Below, piece by piece: positions 1 through 8,486 of a stretch of 24,705 nucleotides of DNA. The notes under the pieces were generated by a model that saw only the letters and a list, made by a program, of their open reading frames with translations, did not search any database and had not been told where the DNA came from. The DNA lies in IMG/VR virus record IMGVR_UViG_3300042991_001440, positions 1-24,705 of that record. One strand, 5' to 3'. The stretch's first letter is position 1. Each line of letters begins with the position of its first letter. Source of the DNA: a virus. Taxonomy: Duplodnaviria > Caudoviricetes. Position numbers and translations under genes: made by a program.

Positions 1-480
1 CTAGAGTAGCTTCTCGATGTGCGTTTCGAGCTCCTTCGGAGTCGTGGTCGGCGCGAACCGTGCCACGACCGCACCATTGCGATCCACCAGAAACTTGGTA
101 AAGTTCCACTTGATCGCCTCGGTGCCAAGCACGCCTGGCTCCTCGCCCTTCAGGAATGCAAACAATGGGTGCGTGCTCGGACCATTGACATCGACCTTGG
201 CGAACATCGGGAATGTGACGTCGTAGGTTCGCGAACAAAAATTCGCAATTTCTGATGCATCCCCCGGCTCCTGACCGCCGAATTGGTTGCACGGAAAGCC
301 GGCGACCGTAAATCCTCTGCCTTTATGCTTGCGATACACCGCTTCGAGCCCCTCGTATTGGGGAGTAAATCCGCATTTGCTTGCAGTGTTGACGACCAGC
401 ACCACTTGCCCCTTGAAATCCCCCAGGCTCTTTTCAGCGCCTTGCAGAGTCACCGCAGAAAAATCGTAGATCGTGCCCAT
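1..480 (-). CDS. gpx: Glutathione peroxidase (GPx/BtuE family, Cys-type), host gene
   Basis: Signature motifs [29 protein letters not shown] and [11 protein letters not shown]. The start is probably ATG 480 (or 486). The ORF-track extension to 741 crosses a terminator. Confidence 0.93.
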   Translation of the reverse strand: MGTIYDFSAVTLQGAEKSLGDFKGQVVLVVNTASKCGFTPQYEGLEAVYRKHKGRGFTVAGFPCNQFGGQEPGDASEIANFCSRTYDVTFPMFAKVDVNGPSTHPLFAFLKGEEPGVLGTEAIKWNFTKFLVDRNGAVVARFAPTTTPKELETHIEKLL

Positions 481-488
481 CGGCATCC

Positions 489-511
489 CCAAGTCCCGGT
501 CCAAGTCCCGG
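489..511. repeat. Tandem direct repeat CCAAGTCCCGG x2 (12-bp period) just upstream of gpx
   Basis: ccaagtcccgg at 489-499 and 501-511. Confidence 0.7.
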
Positions 512-652
512 CTCAATCGTGGCAGACGCCACGCCGGCTCCGCGCGACCATAGACGAAGTCGCGGGAACGGACCATGCACTTGCTCGAATCGGCCAAGCG
601 CGGAGCTTTAACGGTGACCGAACGGCGCGACTCTGCGCCGGCCGCCCCACGC

Positions 653-683
653 AAAAAAACCCGCCCCGCTTGCGCGGGACGGG
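653..683 (-). terminator. Intrinsic terminator ending the phage/GTA operon
   Basis: Minus strand CCCGTCCCGC-GCAA-GCGGGGCGGG followed by T7, about 55 nt after the last element gene. Confidence 0.88.
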
Positions 684-737
684 GCGACGTCACCTGTCTC
701 TCTTCAGGGGCGCGATCGACCCCGCCGGCGAGAACGA

Positions 738-1004
738 TCACAACAAGAACCGGAACGGCTTGGCTTGCTGCAACGCCTTGGTCAGCGCGTCGACCTTGGC
801 CTCGAGCTTGACCACCTCGACCTGCAGCTCACTGATGCGGCTTTCGTAGCTTTCGATCAAGACACGGATGCGGGCATCTACCAAAGCCGCCAGGGACGGC
901 TGACGGCTAATGAACGCCGCCACGATCGTACCCACCACTCCGATCACAGCACCGAGAACCCCCGCAGCAAGCGCATTCCATGAGCTACTATACATACCGA
1001 GCAT
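738..1004 (-). CDS. Small membrane protein, N-terminal TM plus coiled coil (lysis-cassette protein, holin- or spanin-like)
   Basis: Hydrophobic [22 protein letters not shown] followed by heptad-like [22 protein letters not shown]. Last gene of the lysis region. Confidence 0.6.
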   Translation of the reverse strand: MLGMYSSSWNALAAGVLGAVIGVVGTIVAAFISRQPSLAALVDARIRVLIESYESRISELQVEVVKLEAKVDALTKALQQAKPFRFLL

Positions 1005-1108
1005 CGCAGCGCCCCTCCTCCGAGCCTTTTTGACCGCCTACAAGCCAACGTCCAGCACCCATGCAACGCCGACTCGGGAACCCATCCATGGTACCCGCCA
1101 CGTACCGG

Positions 1109-1528
1109 TCAGGGCACCCGATCGCTCGTCCCGACCGCCGCAGAGCTCACACCACTTTGCAACAGCCCGATCTTGCTCACGATCAAGCTCGCCATGGCAT
1201 CCGGCTCCAGGCCTAGCGTTCTCGCGACAACCGGGATCGCATCGATCGCGGCTTGTGCCGCCGCTGCTATGCCCGGAGATCCAACATCTATCCTTGCATT
1301 CACGATCGATGAATCCGCGGATGCCCAGACCTTTCCGGCCGCTGCAAGCGCGGCGGAATGCACCACAGCCCATTGTGCGTCCGTGAACCTAACGCCGAAC
1401 ATCTTGTAGATTTTGCTCGCGATTATCGGCGTTACAACTGTCAATACCATTGAAAACAATGCCGATACATAGGGCTGAACCAGCAAGAGAGTGTCTCCGA
1501 GCTGGATGGATGCGCTGGACGGAGCCAT
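1109..1528 (-). CDS. Putative holin
   Basis: ATG 1528 with GGAGG at 1536-1540. One N-terminal hydrophobic segment (YVSALFSMVLTVVTPIIA) followed by Ala-rich helices. Lies downstream of the endolysin. Confidence 0.6.
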   Translation of the reverse strand: MAPSSASIQLGDTLLLVQPYVSALFSMVLTVVTPIIASKIYKMFGVRFTDAQWAVVHSAALAAAGKVWASADSSIVNARIDVGSPGIAAAAQAAIDAIPVVARTLGLEPDAMASLIVSKIGLLQSGVSSAAVGTSDRVP

Positions 1529-1701
1529 GCGAGTACCTCCCCGACGCGTTCCACCGATACAGGGAACGCTATTACAACAAGCTGCGGCCCGCGATTCCAA
1601 GGACCGCAAAGCCATCAATCACACGATGGAACGCCATCGCCGCGTAACCACCAGCATCCAGATCATGTGACGAGGTCGAGGTTGCCCATTGAACCCACCC
1701 A

Positions 1702-1819
1702 CTAGAGCGCTTCCCGACCGGGTGGATTCACCCGGGCGACAAGAAATCGCTCAAGATTCAAATGCTGGAGTATATTCTTGTCGGCCAAATCGAATGGATG
1801 TGAGCGGAATATGCACTAG
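1702..1819 (+). repeat. 118-bp CTAG-bounded palindromic miniature repeat (MITE/RIME/BRU-RS-like), copy 1
   Basis: ctagagc...gcactag termini and internal hairpin ccgggtg-gatt-cacccgg. By hand count 98/118 identical, ungapped, to the reverse complement of 14515-14632. Confidence 0.85.
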
Positions 1820-1861
1820 CCGACCGACGCCAACGGACACGCTCCGGTGCATGGTGGAACT

Positions 1862-2716
1862 CTAGCCCTTCCGCTCGAAACACTCGACACGACGTCGGCT
1901 GCGCCAAGAAACTATCGCGAAAGCAGCGCCGCCGAGCAAAAGCACAATCGCAATGCCGACCCCGCCGAGACCATTTGGCTCGGCAACTCGGGCCGCGGTC
2001 ACGGCAAGCGGAGCAGCAGCCCAGGTCGACACCGCCACAACCGCCCAGGATTTCGCAGCGGTCCCCAATCTCCCCGACTGCGCACGGTTCTTGGCTTCGG
2101 GCGTAGCAGGTTCAGGTAGCGCCGCCGCCGCCACATCAGAGAAATGCGCGTAGGCCCTGGCCAGCTTAGTGTGGTAGCCATGGGTCGCGTAGCGGGGCCC
2201 ATTGTACCTCCTGGCAAAAGCGGCCCAGTCCTTCCGCTCCAGCGCACCGGAGAGCCTCTCCGCGACAATGAACCGTGCCATGGCAGCGAGCTGGACATCC
2301 TCGCCTTCACAAAAGGCTTCGACCATGCGCACCGCGCTCGGGTATCCAGCGGCTCGATGGTTCGAGCCGAGAATCTGCGGCAGGCCCCACGATGTCGCCT
2401 GTAGCGCTAGTTCCATGTCGATCCGGCACGCAGCCACGATTCGAGGATAGGACTCTTTAGGATAGGGCTTCGTCCCCCATTTGCGATAGGCGAGCCCGGC
2501 TCTTGTTGCCTCGCGCCGCTTATCGCCGTCGAGCAACCGGTAAAAGATATGGGGCTCGAACAGCGCCTTCGGCCGCCCTTTCGCGTCGAACCCCCGCCCG
2601 CCCGTCTCGACCGCGACCACAGCACGAAACGCCGCAACCTCGCATTCGATGGTCGCTGCCGCGTGCGCGAAATCCTCAGGCGTCGCCGCCGCCGCGTTGG
2701 GGTTCACGAAGTTCAT
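1862..2716 (-). CDS. Endolysin, N-acetylmuramidase (DUF3380/Muramidase family) with C-terminal hydrophobic segments
   Basis: AVVAVETGGRGF, ALFEPHIF, ATSWGLPQILGSN and WAAFARRYNGPRY motifs. ATG 2716 has AGAAAGG upstream. Confidence 0.88.
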   Translation of the reverse strand: MNFVNPNAAAATPEDFAHAAATIECEVAAFRAVVAVETGGRGFDAKGRPKALFEPHIFYRLLDGDKRREATRAGLAYRKWGTKPYPKESYPRIVAACRIDMELALQATSWGLPQILGSNHRAAGYPSAVRMVEAFCEGEDVQLAAMARFIVAERLSGALERKDWAAFARRYNGPRYATHGYHTKLARAYAHFSDVAAAALPEPATPEAKNRAQSGRLGTAAKSWAVVAVSTWAAAPLAVTAARVAEPNGLGGVGIAIVLLLGGAAFAIVSWRSRRRVECFERKG

Positions 2717-2720
2717 GGGG

Positions 2721-3158
2721 CTACCTTTCTGCGATGCTCGGCGGCACGTGCGCCGCCACGGCCCGCGCGAGCACGCTGTATGACATCGGATGGACGCGAT
2801 CCCGCCCTGGCACGAAGGCAACGACAGCATCACCATGCTCGGCTGCGACGCTGCGCACAGCCTTTGCCGCCTCGGGATGAGCCGGTGCGATCCAGATCAC
2901 CTTGTCGCTGCGCGCCCGCCCACGGATCGCCCGCAGGTTCGCCGGCAGCATTGGATTCCTCGGATCGTTCGACCCGGCCGAGATGACGAGCCACCTAAGA
3001 TGTCTCGTCGGCACGCGCGGGATAATCGAGCCGGACGGGATGCCGATCTTCGCCGCCACCACGCATTGGGAGAACCACCCGCCGAGCCCGTAGGGGCGCG
3101 TGGCGATGGAATCGCCCACGACGAAGCACGTCGCGGCGACCACGAGAACTGCTGGCAC
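2721..3158 (-). CDS. Minimal SGNH/GDSL-fold hydrolase
   Basis: Block I VGDSIA, block III SAGSND and block V DRVHP within 145 aa. The GTG start is uncertain. Confidence 0.7.
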   Translation of the reverse strand: MPAVLVVAATCFVVGDSIATRPYGLGGWFSQCVVAAKIGIPSGSIIPRVPTRHLRWLVISAGSNDPRNPMLPANLRAIRGRARSDKVIWIAPAHPEAAKAVRSVAAEHGDAVVAFVPGRDRVHPMSYSVLARAVAAHVPPSIAER

Positions 3159-3177
3159 CAGGCGTCGCGGCCTATTA

Positions 3178-4845
3178 TCAAGGGTTTCGCTGCGCGTAAT
3201 CCAGGATCGCCTGCACGATGCGTCGCGCCATGTAGTTGTGCCCTTGCTGCGAGAGATGGTTGCCGTCCGAGAGGATCAGGAAGTCATTGTTCCCGTCGCC
3301 AGTCGTCGCAGTCTCCTTACCCGTGCCGTTGAACCATGGCTCCGAGGCGGTCGAGAACGGGATGGTGTAGACATTCGAGATTCCAGCAGCTCCCGCGAAC
3401 GCCGCAGTCTCATTTGCTTGCACCGTGGCGAGCGCGACGGCCGGCTGTTTGACGACTCCCGTCACGAAGATCGGGACCGTCGGATATGCGGCACGCAGGC
3501 TTGCCAGAAGCGTAGCCGAGGCAGCCGTGATGGTCGCCGCAGCTTCCGCGTTGTCGTTTTGCGAGCCCTGCACGACGATAAATTTGATCGGCCGATAGGC
3601 GTTGCACGCGCTGAGATCGACTATGGCGTGCCCGCTATAGGGCGTGGAGCCGCCCGGCGCGACAAGGCCGGTCCCGCCGATCGACGCATTGCAGATGTCC
3701 GGCGCATTGAGCAGCTTCCGCATCTGATTCGGCCATGCAACGGTCGGGTTCAGGACCGTGCCGAGAAGCACGCCGGTCCCTTGGCTATCGGCGAGGACCG
3801 CTATGGACCATTCCTCCGGGACCTCGGGGTAGGAGATCGTCGACGTCGGCTCTACCGCGATAGTCTTGATGCTGCTTTCCCGCGAGAACTCGAACTCGAC
3901 CAAGTGCCGGCCGCGCCCGATGGCTACCGCCGTGCCGCCCCCGATCATGGCGTCGGCCGGCGCGGCTACGCCAGCGAAGTCGATCGAGATGTAGCGCGTT
4001 GTGCCAGCGGTGGACGCTCCTGTCGAGACCATGCGGTCTATGTTCTGCCCGTCCACGATGATATTGTATGGCCGCCCACCTTGCAGCAGCCCGAACTCGA
4101 CGCGCGTGCAGTCGCACATGAACGACACCGACCCGGAGCTGGCTTGATTCTTCGTAGCAGTCAGCGTACCCGCGGCCGGCGCCATGGTCGCCGACACGGT
4201 GCCATAAAACCCGGTCCCTTCCTTGTTTTGCGACGGAACACCACCGCGCCACATGAAGGGGCCTCGGCCAGCCGGAAGGCCGGCGTAGGCGGAAACCGTA
4301 TAGACTTTGGTCAGCGTAGCATCCGCCGTCCCGCCGTTGGTTGCCACGAACGCCGGCGCGGTCTGCTTCCCGATGTAATCCCACGTGACGGTCCCGTCCG
4401 TCTGGCCTATAGCGCGCGTGTTCATCCAGCTTGCTCCAGAGGTGCCGCCAACTGTCGCGATATAGGCGTTGCCGCCCTTGGAGACGACGGCTCCGAGCGC
4501 ATAGGCGGTCGATGCCTTCCACGGGCTCGACCCCACGAGTGGGGGGCGTACAGGCGACGTGCTTGGTGTCCCGCCTAGAGGCGCCAGCCGGCGGAGCGCC
4601 GCAAAAGGGGATTCGGTCGCGGAAGACGTTGCGAGCATCCAGCCGTTCGCTTGGAGCACGGGAGCGTCGAAATCCGGTACTGCTATGGAGACGCCGGGCA
4701 GGCTCGTGTAGGTACGGCCATTGACCGTGATTGAATTACGCGCACCGCTAACCGGTGGCACGAGGTTCAGTGTTGCGGCGCAGACCTGAACTGTGACTCC
4801 GACGAGAGCAGCAAGCACCAGTAGTGTTCGGCGGAGGTAATTCAT
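3178..4845 (-). CDS. Multidomain SGNH/GDSL esterase with signal-peptide-like N-terminus and a CBM5/12-like repeat
   Basis: ATG 4845 with GGAG at 4852-4855. SGNH blocks LADSQG, ASIGGTG, QGSQND and DGNHL. WKASTAYALGAVVSKGGNAY resembles ChiC/CBM5-12 repeats. Confidence 0.8.
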   Translation of the reverse strand: MNYLRRTLLVLAALVGVTVQVCAATLNLVPPVSGARNSITVNGRTYTSLPGVSIAVPDFDAPVLQANGWMLATSSATESPFAALRRLAPLGGTPSTSPVRPPLVGSSPWKASTAYALGAVVSKGGNAYIATVGGTSGASWMNTRAIGQTDGTVTWDYIGKQTAPAFVATNGGTADATLTKVYTVSAYAGLPAGRGPFMWRGGVPSQNKEGTGFYGTVSATMAPAAGTLTATKNQASSGSVSFMCDCTRVEFGLLQGGRPYNIIVDGQNIDRMVSTGASTAGTTRYISIDFAGVAAPADAMIGGGTAVAIGRGRHLVEFEFSRESSIKTIAVEPTSTISYPEVPEEWSIAVLADSQGTGVLLGTVLNPTVAWPNQMRKLLNAPDICNASIGGTGLVAPGGSTPYSGHAIVDLSACNAYRPIKFIVVQGSQNDNAEAAATITAASATLLASLRAAYPTVPIFVTGVVKQPAVALATVQANETAAFAGAAGISNVYTIPFSTASEPWFNGTGKETATTGDGNNDFLILSDGNHLSQQGHNYMARRIVQAILDYAQRNP

Positions 4846-4857
4846 CGTATGCTCCAT

Positions 4858-4882
4858 AAAAAAGCCCGGCGCGAGGCCGGGC
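4858..4882 (-). terminator. Intrinsic terminator-like hairpin between the tail fibre and SGNH genes
   Basis: Minus strand GCCCGGC-CTCGC-GCCGGGC-TTTTTT. Confidence 0.75.
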
Positions 4883-4903
4883 GTGTGGATGCGGAAGCCT
4901 TGA

Positions 4904-5461
4904 TCATGATGTCGGCGGGTTGCAGAGCAGATAGTTGATCTGCACCCGGACCGTACCACCCGAGAAAGTCCCGCCATTCGCGGTGATGCGTACCGCGGTC
5001 GAGGCATAATTGCCGCTCGGGTTGCCAAGAAGCCCCTGGTTCGTCGTCCCCGCGGTGAGCCCGACATCGTTCCCGAACTCGTTCGCCGCGCCGCCGACCC
5101 GGCCGATATCGAAGCTCGTCACGCCGGAGCCCGTGATCAAGGTCACGACCCGCAGCGACACTCCGAAGATCAAGCACTGATTCGGAAATGTGATCGTGGT
5201 GTCTGTCGTCGCGCCGGAGAGCGTGACCAGCTCCTCGAGGCACCCGAGCTGAATATTCCCGCCATGCTTGACATTCGACCCATCACGACCCTCGACGAGA
5301 AGAGCCGGCGACATCCCGTTGGCGCACCAGCCGCCAGCCGTCGTGCCGTCGTGGGCGACCACTCGCTTGTTGGTCTTGTCATAGGTGAACTCGCCTTCCG
5401 AGCCGGTAAAGGTCGCGTGCTCCGCCGCTGTACCGCGTCTCCGAAGAAGTCGCCCGCTCAT
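4904..5461 (-). CDS. Tail fibre / receptor-binding protein with Mtd_N-like N-terminal domain
   Basis: RRGTAAEHATFTGSEGEFTYDKTNKRVVAHDGTTAGG matches the major-tropism-determinant N-terminal anchor. The beta-rich C-terminus recalls DUF2793-type GTA fibres. ATGA overlap with the upstream gene. Confidence 0.7.
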   Translation of the reverse strand: MSGRLLRRRGTAAEHATFTGSEGEFTYDKTNKRVVAHDGTTAGGWCANGMSPALLVEGRDGSNVKHGGNIQLGCLEELVTLSGATTDTTITFPNQCLIFGVSLRVVTLITGSGVTSFDIGRVGGAANEFGNDVGLTAGTTNQGLLGNPSGNYASTAVRITANGGTFSGGTVRVQINYLLCNPPTS

Positions 5462-8040
5462 GCTATGCTCCCCAAGTCAACTGTTGTATCTGGGGATGAC
5501 GCAAGCACCCCCAAATCCTCCTCGACCGTCACTGCGTCGGTGACCAGGCCGAGATCGACATCGATCCCGAGCGCGAGCTGTTGCAGGATCGACCCGAGCC
5601 CGCCCCCCGCGCCATTCGGCGTGTAGGTGTATGTCGCGCAGGTCGCAAGGTCCTGCACCCCGAGCCCAAAGATGTTGAAGCTCTGGAACTTGATATAGAT
5701 CGCCTGCCCGACATAGGCCGCCGCGAGCGGGTACTTGAAGATCGCATTGTCGAGCCTGGCGAAGCGTGAGCCGATCGGGTGCGACGCCGGCACATTGGTT
5801 TCATATAGCCCACGCACGAGCCCTCCGAGGCCGTAGGCATTCGTGCCGGTGAGGGTCGCGGAGGCATAGGCAATGAGCTCGTCCTCGACCAAGGATAAAG
5901 TCACCCCGTTCGCGGCGTCCGCCGCGGTGGCAGGGTCCAATGTGCCGCCGCTCTCGACGAGGCTTACCGAGATCGTGGTGTCCGCACTTCCGAGCGCCGC
6001 TGTCGTGGTCCCATGACGGGAGGGGCCATTCACCTGCCCAACCTGCCCATAGGTCGCGTTGTCCGTCGAGACGTAGATGATGCACCCGCCCCAATAGGGA
6101 TCCTTCGTACCTTCCGCCCCAGTCGGCGGGTCCTGCGCATCGGTATCGAATGTCGAGCCGAGAAGCGTCGCCGAGGTCGCGATTGCCGACAGGCTCTGTC
6201 CGTACTCGGCATATTGCGGCTGCCAGACGAAGATCCCGTTTCCAGACGTTCCCGCGTAGGATGACGTTCCGGCGGGGCTTTGCAGCAAAAGGGTGACAAT
6301 CGGCGCGACGCTCGCAGCGACGACACAAGCCATGCCGACCTGATACCACCCCGACCCGGCATCGAGAATCCAGGAGGTCGTGACCCCCGATGACGCTCCT
6401 TGGCTCAGGCCGGTCGCAAGGTTGAACGAGACACCTTGGGAGGCCGCCCCGTCATAGATCTGGAGGCCGCAAGCCGTCCGTTCGGACGCCTTGACATAGG
6501 CCGCGAAGTAGATTGTCCGGCTCGCCAATGCGGATGGGAAGGTCCAGGTCGCATAATGATACCCGGTCGAGCCGTCCTCCTCGAGCCGCCGCGTTGTTTC
6601 GAGTCCTCCCGAAACCGCGACCCACACCTCACGCTGCCCATTGGTCAGGCCAGACGGCGGCTCGAAAATGACTGGCGGGTTGACCGATGACGGCACCACG
6701 TTCCAATCGACCGAGACGGCTTCATTGCCCTGGACCTGGTAGACGGCTGATGTCCCGGTGCTCGCGGGGAACTCCTCGGCCGAAACGCTCAGAAGGCCGT
6801 CGTCGTCCTCGTCGATCGAGACGATCCGCACCGGAAGCTTGTCGAGACCGAGGCCCGTATCTGTCAGGGTCACGATATCCATCGGCTCCAGCAGGCAGAA
6901 CTCGAAGGATAGCTTGAACGCATAGGTGTTGCGGATATAGACCTCGCGCTGGAGTATGAGCTGCGCGATGGTTTGCGCCATGGCCTTGTCGCAAATCTCG
7001 TGCGCCGTGACGGTCGAGGCGTCCCTACGTCCGAATTGCTCTATCGCGTTCTGGTCCCACGTCGTGATCGTGGTCGAGTTGTACTTGTTCTTCCTGTCGC
7101 TGAACTCTAATTCCTGCACGTTGAACGCGCTGTATGGGTCATTGACCTCCACGGAAACCGGGTCCTCGTCATCCTCGCGGACATAATCGTCGTCGGTCAG
7201 GTCATAGATTGGGACAAGGTTCGGCACGAAAGAAACCGCCGATCCGTCATAGAGCGTTCCATCTATTGTGGCGTCGCCGTAGGACACGAACTTCAGCTTC
7301 CCGTCCGACCATACCGCCGTGCTGTTCGTGAGCTGAAGCCAGCGGGTCAGGATCGCGCTTGCCGTCTCCCGGTTGGCGAGCACGGGCGAGAAGGCAATCT
7401 GCGCCGCCATGCAGTATGCCTGGTAGGATGCCCCTCCTGACGCGCCGAAGAGTGCCGTCGAGTCGATCGACCCGGCTGGGAAGCCGACGCCATATTGCGC
7501 GTTCGTCAGGAAATCATAGATCACCTCGGCCGGATCGGCATCGTGAGCGTTGACAACCGCAGTCGCATATTTCTGCCCGTAGATCTCGAATTGCAGAGCC
7601 CCGAGCGACGCGCTCGATCCAAGATCATAGAGAGCAGACCACACTGTCGCAACGCCCTTGTAGGTCACGTCCGACAGATATGCCAGCGTCGGGCTCGCCG
7701 CATTCCCCGGTTCCAGGTTGAGATTCAGGGATGACAGAGAATAGACGCCTTGGTCCTTCCATATCGTGCCAACTGCCGTGATCGGCCCTTCGCATAGGCC
7801 AAGCGTGAGTGCGGCCGTGTAGTTATAGCCGGAAAGGGTCTTCTTGCCGCCGCCCTTGCCGCCGCTCTTGGTATATTCCGGGGTGGAGCCGAAGGCTCCA
7901 TACCACAAGAGATTCGGCGCAAGCTTATTGATGCCGTAGGATATCGTAATCGGAACCGCGCTGGAGGATGTCTGGATCTGGAGTCCGGTATATTGCGTAA
8001 TCTCGGCCGGCTTGGGACCGCGCTTGCGTAGGAAGCCCAT
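5458..8040 (-). CDS. Tail tip / central baseplate protein (Phage-tail_3, gpJ/megatron-like) with an inserted carbohydrate-binding-like domain
   Basis: KSGGKGGGK..YNY, LCEGPI, W.DGKLKF, LLEPMDIVTL and L.GLVRGLY motifs. 860 aa, directly after NlpC/P60. Confidence 0.85.
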   Translation of the reverse strand: MGFLRKRGPKPAEITQYTGLQIQTSSSAVPITISYGINKLAPNLLWYGAFGSTPEYTKSGGKGGGKKTLSGYNYTAALTLGLCEGPITAVGTIWKDQGVYSLSSLNLNLEPGNAASPTLAYLSDVTYKGVATVWSALYDLGSSASLGALQFEIYGQKYATAVVNAHDADPAEVIYDFLTNAQYGVGFPAGSIDSTALFGASGGASYQAYCMAAQIAFSPVLANRETASAILTRWLQLTNSTAVWSDGKLKFVSYGDATIDGTLYDGSAVSFVPNLVPIYDLTDDDYVREDDEDPVSVEVNDPYSAFNVQELEFSDRKNKYNSTTITTWDQNAIEQFGRRDASTVTAHEICDKAMAQTIAQLILQREVYIRNTYAFKLSFEFCLLEPMDIVTLTDTGLGLDKLPVRIVSIDEDDDGLLSVSAEEFPASTGTSAVYQVQGNEAVSVDWNVVPSSVNPPVIFEPPSGLTNGQREVWVAVSGGLETTRRLEEDGSTGYHYATWTFPSALASRTIYFAAYVKASERTACGLQIYDGAASQGVSFNLATGLSQGASSGVTTSWILDAGSGWYQVGMACVVAASVAPIVTLLLQSPAGTSSYAGTSGNGIFVWQPQYAEYGQSLSAIATSATLLGSTFDTDAQDPPTGAEGTKDPYWGGCIIYVSTDNATYGQVGQVNGPSRHGTTTAALGSADTTISVSLVESGGTLDPATAADAANGVTLSLVEDELIAYASATLTGTNAYGLGGLVRGLYETNVPASHPIGSRFARLDNAIFKYPLAAAYVGQAIYIKFQSFNIFGLGVQDLATCATYTYTPNGAGGGLGSILQQLALGIDVDLGLVTDAVTVEEDLGVLASSPDTTVDLGSIA

Positions 8041-8046
8041 GGTTCT

Positions 8047-8484
8047 CTATGCCCACAACGAGAATATGCGCGGCCTGCGGCTCGGCGCGGCCAAGCCCCC
8101 ATTGCCGGCGACGGGCTCCTCCAGGACCCGCATGGCCGGCTGGTAGGCATGAACCAGCGTCAGCGGATCCGTGCCAGTCACGATCCCGCCGTGGGAATAG
8201 CACCGCCCGTAGCGGAACACGATGACGTCTCCTGGCCGCGCCACCCGCACCTCCTTGCACCTATCGAACACGAAGCCGAGGTAGCGTTCCTCCGAACGGT
8301 GCATAAACCAGTCGTCGCTATAGGGGCGCGGGTCGAAGGGCTCGCAAAGCCCGGTATCGACAAAGACGCGGACGATCAGCATTCCGCAATCGACACCCGC
8401 GCCGCGAACATCACCTTGACAATGGTACGGCGTGCCAACCCATGCGCGCGCCTCAGCGACGATCGCCTCCCTCTGATCGCGCAT
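8047..8484 (-). CDS. NlpC/P60 tail-associated peptidase (GTA g14-like)
   Basis: ARAWVGTPY, GVDCG (catalytic Cys), SHGGI and LVHAY. ATG at 8484. Confidence 0.9.
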   Translation of the reverse strand: MRDQREAIVAEARAWVGTPYHCQGDVRGAGVDCGMLIVRVFVDTGLCEPFDPRPYSDDWFMHRSEERYLGFVFDRCKEVRVARPGDVIVFRYGRCYSHGGIVTGTDPLTLVHAYQPAMRVLEEPVAGNGGLAAPSRRPRIFSLWA

Positions 8485-8486
8485 GT

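Noticed and set aside
481-741. N-terminal extension of glutathione peroxidase in the ORF track
   Set aside because: It runs through an intrinsic terminator and has no GPx similarity. Similar over-extensions were trimmed for the portal, hub, NlpC/P60, SGNH and endolysin genes.
1702-1819. CRISPR array or autonomous IS
   Set aside because: The copies are dispersed, not regularly spaced with spacers, and no cas or transposase gene is present.
3100-4578. 492-aa plus-strand ORF, and similar long ORFs at 8442-9434, 11357-12244, 14650-15846, 22119-23351 and 23326-24504
   Set aside because: They are Arg-rich, lack motifs and lie antisense to well-supported genes. These are typical shadow ORFs of high-GC DNA.
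4904-5461. Diversity-generating retroelement suggested by the Mtd-like N-terminus
   Set aside because: No reverse transcriptase and no template/variable repeat pair differing at adenines is visible. Only the anchor domain resembles Mtd.
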